From Seison nebaliae (lineage: Eukaryota), in assembly GCA_023231475.1 (NCBI GenBank), contig JALJEE010002345.1, positions 1-64,000 on the forward strand: DNA of 64,000 nt, read 5' to 3'. The notes under the pieces were generated by a model. It saw only the letters and a list, made by a program, of their open reading frames with translations, ran no database searches and had not been told where the DNA came from. Made by a program: the position numbers and the translations under genes. Shown in pieces: positions 36,185-48,820 of the stretch; the stretch's first letter is position 1; every line of letters begins with the position of its first letter.

Positions 36185-39100
36185 TTATTCTTCATCGATT
36201 GTGTTTTGTGTGTGTGATGTACTACTCCGTTCTGTTGTACGGTTCGATGATTGCTCATTATAATTCTCTTTCATTTTGTTTTCACCTTGTTTCCACGGTG
36301 AAGTTAATTGAAAACAATCCATTTTCGAATGAAAAGATGATGACTTCTTTCTGGTTTGATGGAGTTGAGATGGTGGAGCTTCGGTTTGACGATTAATTCC
36401 TGTTATTTGATCTAATGGACCATCAAGATTGGTTCGATTGCGTATAGGACAACTATCTGCAAAACAAGGAGAACTTTGCATGATAGTTGACGTCCGATAA
36501 TCATGAGATGTCGGATAATAATTGTAATAATTAGCAGAGTGCGAATAATTTTGGCGAAACAACGAATTATAATATTGTTGATGTCGATAATGTTCCTGTA
36601 ATTGATATTGGAATTGACAGCAACAATGAAGATGTGCTTGAGGATAATGTATATGACTCGAACTATTACAACGATGGAGAGAATTAGATAACGAGAAATT
36701 TCCAATGTCATGTGCTGTTTGTTGTGGCTGGTGAGAATGAGATAATAAATGAGATTGCTCTTCTTTATAATGTTGAGGAGAATTGTGAATTTGAATTCTT
36801 TTCAAACTATCCAAGTTATTCTCATGTTGTTGTTGTTGTTGTAATAAGTTCAGTTGATTTTGACTGTGACTAAATTCCACATGTCTGTCCAAACTCTGCA
36901 ATTGTACCTGTTGTTGTTGTTGTTGATGTTCATCGACAATACCTGACGATTTCGTTTGATCATAAATCATCTGTATTGGTGATATTTGTTCACGATATTT
37001 ACAGTTCGGATACTCAGAATCAGTGGGCAAACCTTCTGTTGTGGGTTGACTTGTTGCAATTGGCTGTGATTGGAATGAATGTGCATCCTTTTGATCTAGA
37101 TTGTTATTCATCTTCAATTCATAAGTGTCTTTGATTTGTTTAAGGAATTTCATTTCACTTGGTCGCAACACATCGGAATTGGATGACAAATGTTTCTTTA
37201 GTGACGATTTGGGTGGAAGTAATTTATCAATTAACAATTGATCATGTCCTTCATTCGCCTTCACATTCCCCTTACAAGTAGACATGGTAGGAATTGACGT
37301 TGTCAATTTCAAATCGTTTTTCAATAATGCACATTCCTCATTATCAACCGATTCCAATTCCGGATCTAAATGAACGATTGTCTTATTCTCTGAAAAATGA
37401 AATTTAAAAAAAAAATTAGATTAGATAAAGTTCATTTAATTTCTTCATCAAAAATTCTTTCACAAATTCCAATTATTTCGACATAATTTCAAACGTAAAA
37501 CATTTTTAAAAAAACTTACAACACTGGAGAATACGTAGCGCTGTTGAAAACGAAATACTTACTTACACTCTTACCGTTCGATTTCTTTTCTTTAGGTGAT
37601 CTGACATTCATCTTCTTCATACACGATCGTCTTCCATCCATATTGGCTTGACCGATTTGTCGATAACGATGATCCATCGATTCATTGATCGATATTGTGT
37701 TCGATTGTTTTATTGCTCCATGTCCAGTCATTGTAACACGTTTGGGATTAGTAAGATGTTCTTGAAAATAAGGATTTGCTGTTCCTCTTTTAAATTTAAC
37801 TTTTTGTTCATTCGAATAATCATAATTTTTGTGTTTTTGAATATTCTCCATAGCTGATGTTGAAATAGAAGTAATTTTCGAACGATCTTTCTGCTCATTC
37901 ATTTCATTCTTATTAAGAAATTCGGAATGCATTTCAGCTAATTTAGCCGTTCTCACCGATAATGGAGCAGAGAGAGGTGTTATAAATGATCGTTGCATTG
38001 GATGATACCGATTCTCACTGACTGATGGAGCGTCACGACATACGACTCTTGTTTTTTTGAGATGACACGGAATGATCTCCTTACAAGGTGTGAGATATTC
38101 TTCGGGTAATGCGGTTGAGGTATTGTCGAAGAATTGCTGATTATTTAAACGATTCAATAATTTCGGTGAGAACGATGCACTACGATATTTGAGTTCATTA
38201 AAATTCTTTTGAGGCTCAACAATCATCGATGTTAATGGTTGTTTATTCCATGTGGAACGATCGATATAATATGATGGATCATCTTCTTCCGATATTAATG
38301 GTTCCTCATATGAATATTGAGGGAATTTGGGACGATGTTGAATAATTCCAGAATAATTAGATGTTTCATTTGTGGTTGACCTAGTCATGTATGGTTTGGA
38401 TGCTAATGTTGGATGATTCATCGGATGATTATATTGACCATTCGATGATGAATCGTGTAATTGTTCACTCTTTCTTTGCCATATGGGGAAGTTGTGAGAA
38501 TTCGTCGGATAATAATGATGATGATGATAACAATAATATGAACATTGATTATTCTCATCATTATTCTTGAAATTCGGTTTTGGCGACAATTGAGCTAATG
38601 GTATCAATGGCGAACGATCATGATGATGATGAAACGGTTGTTGCGGTTGATGAGGATGACGATGAAGATGTTGTTGTTGTTGTACATGATGAATGTTATG
38701 TGCATTCTGTTCCTCAGATTCGTTGATCATATTAAATTGTCGGATGGTTGAAGGAGAATAGGCCTTTTCTAAATCATAAGATTGAATAAGATTATTTGGA
38801 TTATTTTTATTCGTCGAATTATTGCATAGAGTTTCATTCATCAATGGAATCAAATCAGACTGATTATATAAAGGATCAACATTCGTATGGATAGTTTTCT
38901 GTAGAAGTGGTTGTTGTTGTTGTTGTTGTTGTTGTTGAGGTTTTTTATTTCGATGTATTTGACGATTAATAGAAAATTCATTTTGACCTGTCAAATTGAA
39001 ACATGGTGCCACTGATTGATGATTTGGTAAATTCTTATTATTTGTCGATGTAGAAATCGAATTATATTTCCCAAACTGATTTGATGAGGTATATGATTTA

Positions 39101-42100
39101 TTGATCGGTTGTTGTTGTTGTTGTTGTTGTTGCTGTTGTGGAAGATGTTGTAATTGATGAGTTTGATGATGATTTTTGAAAAGATATTGATTGAACGTTT
39201 CATCATTCTTATTATCTTTATCGTCTGTTGAATTATTTGGATTTCTTTTGTTCTCGTCAATAAGAGCGACGGGTAGGATGACATCGTTATATCGATTGGT
39301 ATCCATTTGTGGTTTCTTCTTCTTCTTTTTCTTCTTATTACCGGTCGAATCGATCGTAGTCGTCGTATTAGCGAGTGTGGATGTTGTAGTGATGGTTGTA
39401 GTAATAGTAGATATGGTCGTTGTAGTGATATTCTTCTCAGAATGTTGATTGGATAATGAATAATCGTCCTTCAATTGACGTAGTAAGTAGTCGACAGAGT
39501 ATTTTTGTTTCGTTTGGGTATCCGGTTTTTTTATATGTGACATTATCTGCTTATTAAACTTTTGTTCGTTTTTTGGACTGTTGTTGCCAAACGACTGATT
39601 TTTAGATGTCTTAATTAAATTCAGGGAAAGTTCCTCCACTGATGGGACCTTGAGAAAATGCACAGAAATTATTTATGAGAACTATAAGTGTGCTAATTAT
39701 AAATGGAAATTACTACTTCTAATAGATTCGGTTTCGTCTGAGAGAAACTAAAGGTCGACTGTTGTAAATGTCCTCCGTGTTCGTGCTCGCCTTCTTGTTT
39801 ATGTTGCTGCGATTGTTGCTGATGTTGTAGATGTCTCTTGTTTTCACTTCCGATTGAAGATGATGGAATATCTAATGATAAGCGACTATGAGACTTGTCA
39901 TCATCATTCACGAGAATTGAAACAGTTGACAATCGACGACCACTTCTTTTCCTATTAGAGATGACAGGAATTATCTTCGACTCTGTACTTTTCGTATCTG
40001 TCTCATCGCTAAAAGGTTGCTGTCCTTGCTGTAAGTTAATCGACCCTTTCCCAACGATAGGCGCGAATAATGAATAATTGGAGCCTTCTCCTTTCCTTCC
40101 GGATGTCTTATCGTAATTCTGTTGTTCTGAAAACATTCCAAAAGAACAAGATTCAACAACAAGTACTTGCTAATTCATTAAAATTCCTTCCAAACACTAA
40201 CCTTTCTTATTAGTATTTCTTGTATATCGAATGATGTACCAATAGACAGCGAGAACTCCAGAGAATTCACTGCAAACAAATGCCAGAACAGCTAATAAGA
40301 ATGAGTAGCCATAGCTGTATTTATATCGGAATGTATTGTGATATTGTTCATATTTTTCGGAGATATCTTCCACAAATGTCGCGATGAATATTACCAGTCC
40401 TACCAAACTGGACAATCCTAAAATTTCATGGAAATCATAAAATGAAACATGAATAATTGAACGACATTAGAAGGAAGGGCATCTCTCATTTCCGATAACA
40501 CATTAAATCTTTTTTCAATTATAGGGAAGAAGATGGGAAGGATGATTTCGATTGTTCATCTTTCTTTACGTGGATTCACACACCAAACACCAGAATCTAT
40601 ATTACGAATTCATGATGCTATATGTGAATATATGATGGAAGATTTTAAGAGAAAATTGATAAGCTGAATAAAACAAATCGTCAAATAAATGATGAAACGA
40701 TTAACATATGTAATCTTCCCAAATAAATACTTTTTTCCTTCTCCATATCATCACATAATTATAGGATGAAAGAAGAAACAATAAAAGATTTTAATGGCGC
40801 CGAAACGAGATCCGATCGATTCATCTCATAATTATTATTATGTGCACATTCACTCGCGATGGACTAATGTTGTTTATGTTTGACTTATAGATTCCAGTAA
40901 AAACAAATGATTCCTATTAGTCAGTTAACATTTCAATCTATCATTGAACTCATTGAGACGATGAAGAAATTACTTCAGTCAGTTATACAATAAATTACAC
41001 GGTGATTTTCCATTGTGCAATGGTTGTGCATTTCCGACAATATTTTCATGATTTGGAATACACTAAAAATTAATGTATTTCCATCGTCCATTCGGAATTT
41101 AGTTAGACAACCGAATATCAGGTTAACTCAATAGATCCATCACAAAATACATTAGATAAAAGAATGAACTTGGTAGTGATATTAGTTCCTGTCGACAATA
41201 AACTTGTCTTAATTGAACAAAACGTGAGTGAGATGTGGATAAAGTTCATAGTATTTACATTTGAAATCGAGAGGAATTGGAGAGGAGAAGTGGTGGAGGA
41301 AAAAAGTAAGAAAATATTAAAAAGAAAACCTGAAACAACATGAATTATACCGGCTGCAAGTACAGCATATTGGCATTGTAGCTTCTCCAAACAGAACAAT
41401 GAGAAGAGAAAGAGTGCAAAAGCAATCAATGAGAGAAAGCTGCCGCTAAACATGAACATTGCGCTACGCACCAGTAGACCTGTTATAAGAAATTAGAATG
41501 GATGAAATAGGATAATAATATTATGAATATAAGGAAATATGTGGAATTACACATAATAATACAATGTTGGAAAGACGAAGATTGAATTAATGAATAGAAG
41601 ATATGTTTAATAAAACAAATATGAAGGAAAAGAAGCAGACGGAGAATTCGATTTCGTCCACCATTCCAATTTCATTGAAGAGTTGTTGGTGGAAATTAAT
41701 AATTAATAAGCATATTCAATATAATAACCGGTTAATCCATCCATTACTGCTGGTGCTGGATCGCGAGATGTAAGATATGACAATGAATCATGAATGATGT
41801 CGTTGCTAATATCCCAACGAGATGATAAAATACAAAAATCAACAGAATCAAACAAGGAAAATAAGAACTTTAAGGAAATTCTAGGTTTTGACGGCCAATA
41901 ATTGATGATGTGACATAATAATTTTGGGTTCAACAAATTTTTTTGGAATCGTTTCAATTGTTCCGAAATGTTCATACTCGTCATATTGATTGATAAGATT
42001 AATGTTTGATTCTTTTCCAATAATAATCGTTCTAATATGATGAAAGAAATTTTTTAAAAAGACCAAAAAAATGGAACTTCGTTCGTTGTATGGTCGTAAG

Positions 42101-42582
42101 CGGATATCGCATAGTCGAATGAGACTCAACGTCCTTTCCAGTCGACCATATTTTAGGAAAACTTTCTCGTTCTGTATTTTACCCAAATCTTTCTTCGACG
42201 ATTCAGCTGTAGAATGTATTGTGGTCATTTGTTGTAGATCGAAATTAGAAGCGTCGTTATAAGTTTGGGATTTGGATTGTGTTCGCCACTTCACCGGATT
42301 TGAATGGTTGAACGTTGGAAGAGGTAGTTCGTTTGATCGAATGGTACGTGCTCCATTTAACATTTGGTTATCTACATTCTTTAACGCTTCATCAAGAAAT
42401 GGTGGTACGGTCTGTAATGTCATTCTGATGTGTAGCCACTCATTAGTTGTTGAGGATGTGATGAAGAGTAATAATGAGAGTATTGAATTAACATAAGCAC
42501 AGATGAGTGAGAACTTCCGCCGTTGCATTCTCTGTGCTACTGCTCGGACGGTGTTGAGTTTTATCGATGAGCATCGATTCAC
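36185..42582 (-). CDS. Claudin/PMP22-superfamily tetraspan protein, stargazin/TARP (CACNG)-like, with a very long Gln/His/Asn-rich C-terminal tail (5' end uncertain; MQRRK at 42528 possible)
   Basis: TM1 then STTNEWLH; C..INYWP; AAGIIHVVSGLSSLVGLVIFI; FRYKYSYGYSFLLAVLAFVCSEFSGVLAVYWYI matching the TARP TM4 pattern. Confidence 0.75.
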
Positions 42583-45500
42583 ATACCTCCAACATTACAT
42601 TGAAAGCATAACTGTAAAATTATCGATATTCTTCCGAGGAACATCCAGACTTTATGTGACGTTTAATGAAATTGTCTTCTTAAAATGAAACATATCAGAA
42701 TCTAAAAAAATGGTCGAAACTATAAAAAAAATTGTTCGGAAAATTAATAACAAAAAATTCTTAGGCAAATTAATAAAATAAATCTGTTGAAAATTCATAA
42801 TAATATTGTTAGTTCCATTTATTTCACAATATGATTTCATGTCAATCGGTAATGGAGCGATTATTTAAAGAATTCCGTTTACATTAGGAATAATAAAAAT
42901 GTTGAAAGAGATTTTGGAAGAAATCGGTAAAAATTGAAGAGAATTCCAAATATATATATATATATCTATATAGTAACAAGTTTATGAGAATGAGAATATT
43001 GGGAGAAATAGGATGAAATTTATTCATAAACTCATCACGAATCCTCTATATGACATTTACATATGATTATTATTTGGGATCATTTTTTTCCTGAAGTGTA
43101 AGTAAATTTCTTTAATTTTCTACCGAATAATGAAGAATAGGTAATAGGTATGAAATGTTGATATGCATTCCCTTTAGTAGTGTTATAGTGATAATAATAT
43201 TAGATGGTGCAGGTTGAAGACGAAGAAGAATATTAAAGTTATGGTAACGAACATGCGCTTATTCTCTGGGTCGATTCGGAATATTGGTGCGATCTCTAAT
43301 ATACATTGTTAGTGGGTCGCTTGAAGAATGTTGCATGTCATTAGTAGCATTGTTGATTAACTGAAGTAGTGATAATCCAAAGGAGTATTTCAAAAAAAAT
43401 TTCTAATAGAATGCGCGGTAATGCATTAGGAATGATTGGAAAGGTTCGTCGTTCTTTCGTTTGGGTCGACAAATGTGGAACTAGGAGTAAAGTGGAATAA
43501 TGTCGTACATTAAGTTTCGTTCATTTGCATCAATTACTCTCTTCATACATCATTATCATCAATATCGAAATGAGATGAACACAGCCAGAGTGGAAATTTG
43601 GGCTACTGTCAAATCAATGAAGGTTTTCTGGCAGGGAATTAGAATATGGAATAAAATAAGGAAAAGAAGAAGAACAATTTGATTTATGTCCATTATAATT
43701 ATTTTAACATTTATTATTCTTATTCAACTTTTCCTTGTGAATTACATAAAAGCCGTATTGATCTCCCTACTACCGTTGTTGTTGTTGTTATCATTAATAT
43801 TGTGATTATATGTGAATGTTGTGAAGATACTGCCCGCCCTACCAATCGTTTTATATATGCATCTAATATGCACACTTTTCATTCCCTCCTGCACAGGTAA
43901 TGCACACGTTCTGCACAATTCCATCAGAAATAATACAAAGGAATAATGATAACCTTAAGTGGAATGGTTGTTCCATACAACGAATATACATTGATTAAGA
44001 ATTATTTGTTTGTTCAAATCACCTAACATGATATAAATATAATAGGAAGACGAATAAAAAATTGGGAACAATAAATATTATGAATTCGTTTTATTGACAT
44101 TACGTACTTTTAACTTTTTCAAATTCAACAAATCAAATCTTTTACATCAAAATATTCCATTCAATTTTCTAATTCTCCTCGATCACTTCTTCGATCTTTT
44201 CATCGATAATGGAGAAAGAATATCGACTTAATTAAAATTACATGATGTGAACATTTCAAGTTGGAACTGATTTTACAGAATGAAATTGTTTAAATACAGA
44301 AAATCGATGTCAATCGAAATTAAATAAATTGGAAAATTCTAGTTCTGATTCCCAACTTCCTTGAATATACCTATATATAAAATAATATTCATATGTTCCA
44401 TGAAGTCATTTATCAGTCATTGATCAGATTAAAACAATGATGTATGTTTTATCCTTCTATGATACAATATTGACGAATGATATGTTTCGCGTTTTAAAAA
44501 TGTATTACTATCCCAAGTTATAGATAATTGTTGTCACATTATGTTGAATGTGCACATTATGGTTTGTTATAGGATGTTGGATGTCGATAATGTCTTTGAT
44601 GATTGATCAATATTTCTATCACAATATTATTGATCTGATGATCGATAGTCACCAAATCATTAGAAATGGAACGAGATGGAATGATCGTATTTGTTTATAG
44701 TATTTGTTAGAATGAAATATGATTACGAGCAGATAAATGGAAGTGCACATATGGATTTATTATGGAGTATAAGATAGTAGTTGAATGCACAGATAGATAA
44801 GGAAGAATGTGGATCGAAAAAAAAGTACGATAAGGAAGAAAGAAGGAAAGTTGTTAAAAAGAATAATGGAAGACTGTCTCTAACAATATTACATGAAGTG
44901 GTGGGTAAAACTAGTGCTCTAACAACTACTTTTGTATAAATTAGATAATAAAAAATTTGTTATATTTTTAGTATATAACAATATATTTATAAATATATAC
45001 ATAGAAATATATAAATATTTGTATACCATCTTCCAATCGACCAGATATGAGAGAAGTATGTGTGAGAGAATTGAACGGTTCTCAAATGGCAGAAAGACAA
45101 ATAAAAGCAAAAAAAAGATCTACACATACACACAGATCGATTGATATGTGGCAGATATTAAGGAAATAAATTGAATAGGATATGGTGGAAAAGAAAGAAG
45201 ATAAAACGAAGATAGAAAATTTGATGAATAACTGGATAAATGAATGAATTGACAAATATTTCGTTATTTTGATGTTGTTGTTCCTATAAATTAATATCAG
45301 CATATTAACCGACGAATACTTGACAATATTTTATACATATAACAATTAGGGCGAATGTATAAAAAGAAACGAAAGAGACGATCTCTTCCAGTTCCATCCA
45401 ATCCATTGATTCATCCAACTCAATGAAGCAATCATTAGTGAATAAAGTTAGTTGAAGTGAAATGATGGGAGTTTTTTAAATAATAAAATTATTGGAACTC

Positions 45501-48500
45501 TATTTTCATTTTTGATCGAATGTCATCTTTCTTTCAATCCTATTTCATCTTAACTATTTAACTTATTTAATCCTTAAGAGAAAGTTTTTCGTTCAATCTT
45601 AAGAAGAGATTGTTTGATTTTTTCTTTTGAAAAATTCGAGAGAATTTTAGTTATACGTTCGCCAGATAAAGGAGAAAATGCGTAACAATGATAATAATTA
45701 AAAGTAAGTACCTTTATTTCTTAAAATTTTCATTCTTATTTTTATAATAATTAGAAGATAAATGTCCAAATCTTAACATCTCATTTACTCGTTCATAGAA
45801 AATGAAGTATAATAATGTGGACAATGAACGTTGAGAAGGAGATGTACGGAAGAAGAAGAAGTGGAAAAAAATTGGATATACTTGAGATTTATGGCTAACT
45901 TTGAGATACATTGGTAAAGGATAGAAAACAAGACGAAAGTGGATAAAAGAATTAGATAGGATACGCAGGTAACAAAAAAAAGTTTATTCTATTTTCTATT
46001 CTTTTCTTGCTTTACATCTGTTTGACGATTGTTCCATTGTTGCGCTGTACGTGTAGAACGAGACGCACATAAATATTTGACGAATATAGGTGCATATCTG
46101 ATTACCTAACACATGTAACATGTCTTTGATAAATATATATCCCAATAATTTTCCCCCTTCATGTAACCGGACTGCTCTTTTATACATATAGTTCGTTTGG
46201 CTAGCTAAGACGAATGAACTAGATATGCTAGTCTTTACAGAAAAAAATAACGATATGAAAGTTATAATAATAGTTATTACATAAAGTAGTAGTAGTAGTG
46301 GGATAGTAATAGAACATAGGAGAAATGATATTTAATTTATTTCTTCTTTCTCGTCAACAGACAAATAATTCTAATGGAGATTTCTACAACATCATCGAAT
46401 CAGCAGTCAACGAGAGCATATATAAGGACATGTTTGGACGAACATGAAATATATAGCCATTTTCCAACTCCAATAAACAACAGACAAAACTATTCATATT
46501 TCATAATTTTATTCATATTATGCTTTGTCATCTTATTGAATGTGTGGAATTTTTGTCTTATTAGTAATAGAAAAAGGAAAATTGGATTGAAGATGCACAA
46601 CAATCGTTCCATGATACGTGTACGAACATACAATTGTAGAAGAGCAGTACTGTAAAAATATATCTGGTCGGATTGCTAATACTGTAGATGAGACTATGTA
46701 TGTATATCGTTCTTTTTATGAGATGTAGCGATTGATGAAGTATTATGATGAATTCTTTTTAAATAAGTACACAAACATCTATCAAGTGAAACAAGTACAG
46801 AAAAATTGGGGAGATAGACAAAACTCCATTTCTCCACGAAAGTGATGAACTGCGCTACAGTATAATACAAGTGAACATTGCCACTGTTCATGTCATACTC
46901 TCAACAATTTCTTTTCACTTATTTTACATAATGCGACTAAAGGTAACCAGAATTAGTTCGAAGTTTTAATATTCTCCTTCTAACTGCTATCTACTAATTA
47001 TTATAAGTTCGTTGTCACTTATGTTTGTTGTAATTCTCGTTTATATAAACCAAATTTATGGAAACAAAAAGAAGATTGATCCGAATATATGAATGAATCA
47101 ATCGAATTATTTTTTCTGCATCCATTTCATAATATCGACAATCATTTGCAAGAGAGCATAATATTCCTTATTTCATATCTATTAATCTTTTAACACATAC
47201 TAAAAGAATCGCATTTCCATAAATATCTTCTTACATGTGTAAGTTGTCGGAAAAAATCCAAAAGTTAAACAGGTTAATTTGAAAAGATTATAAAAAAAAC
47301 AACAAAAAGAAAACTCGAAAGGAAATTGTCAAATTAACATTTAATCAATTGTAATAAATGATATAACTTAATGAAGTTGTTTTCCTTCCCAACCGATCCA
47401 AACAACAACTTTCATCTGTAAGATATACTAATAAGACTTACATGTATTTGCTTATTTATTAATTTATTTGAACATCAGATCGCTCGTGTCAAATTGACAT
47501 GTTGGCACATGTTATCGAACAGGTTGGATGAGTCTAGCAGATACGAAAGTGCCATATAATACATGAACATCTAATAAAAATCTTTCTTCTTCATTCTATC
47601 CCCATGAACATTTATGTTATTCGTTTTGCACAGGATTTGCACACAATTTACTGTTAATGAATAGTTTAACTGGTGGAATTAATTTATTAGGTGAACGGTG
47701 AGAAAATAGAGGAAGAAAGAAAGACGAGAAAAAAGCGATCAAAGCAAAGAGTGTGAGTGGCAGAAAATGTTGATTGAAAAGAAAGAGAAATGATAAATCT
47801 AACATCGATATATTGCAAATATTGTCTAATCTAATTATTAATCGGTAGTTGTGTTACTTTATGAGATAAGTGAATGGATTAATGCATGCACACAGTTATC
47901 TGATCGACAACGAACCTGGCATTTCTCTTCTATTCTTTCTCTAATTTCTTCTCCTTTCTATTATTAGTAAATAAAACCCCAATCTTTCTTCATTCTCATT
48001 CTTCCAATGACATTTTCCTATGTGCGAAATTGAAGGACATTCCGATAAACTTATCGATATCCTCCAATACTCCAATGGAAATAGAACGGATATATTTCAC
48101 TTATCATTCTATTAGAACATTGATATATTCAATTGTTGAATACTTGTGAATAACTTATTCTTCTGCTCATACTATGTAAGTCTATATAATCCTCCGTGGA
48201 ACAAACATTACCATAAATATACAACATCAATTAATCGTCTTCTCTGCCTTACTTCCTTTCTACTCATCCACAACCATCCATCGGACCTATTACAATTTGT
48301 CAAATGCTTTCCTTCCCCCAATATCGACAAGGAAACCGTCTAAATGTTTGAGGTATCGAATCTATTCGATTCCTAACCTAATCTCGTGTGAATAAAGTCA
48401 ATTAACCAAAACAATATTGCTGTAACCTGAGTAAGATTACTTCGTTATTTTCAATAGAAAATGGTTCTTCTGCAATTAATAATATCGATTAAATAGTCAT

Positions 48501-48820
48501 TACCTGAGATGACCAAAATTTGATCCCACCGTACTGATTTGATCATTAACAAGATTATTTTAATACATCGATATTATAATGTTGTGATTAGATTCATCTG
48601 GTATTGAATCTTCAGATTTTTCAAATAAGCTGTTGAAATTCAGGAATAAATTTCGTTGAAATTGGAACGAAGAAATGTTTTTTAAAATAAGAAATTTATC
48701 GTTAAAAGAATAATTTTATTCAGGACAAAAATTTCCACATTTTTTTAATTTGAATGTTTTTCACACAAATAAATTAACGGACAATGTTAGTTTAAATAAG
48801 ATTAATTCTCCGATCCGCTT

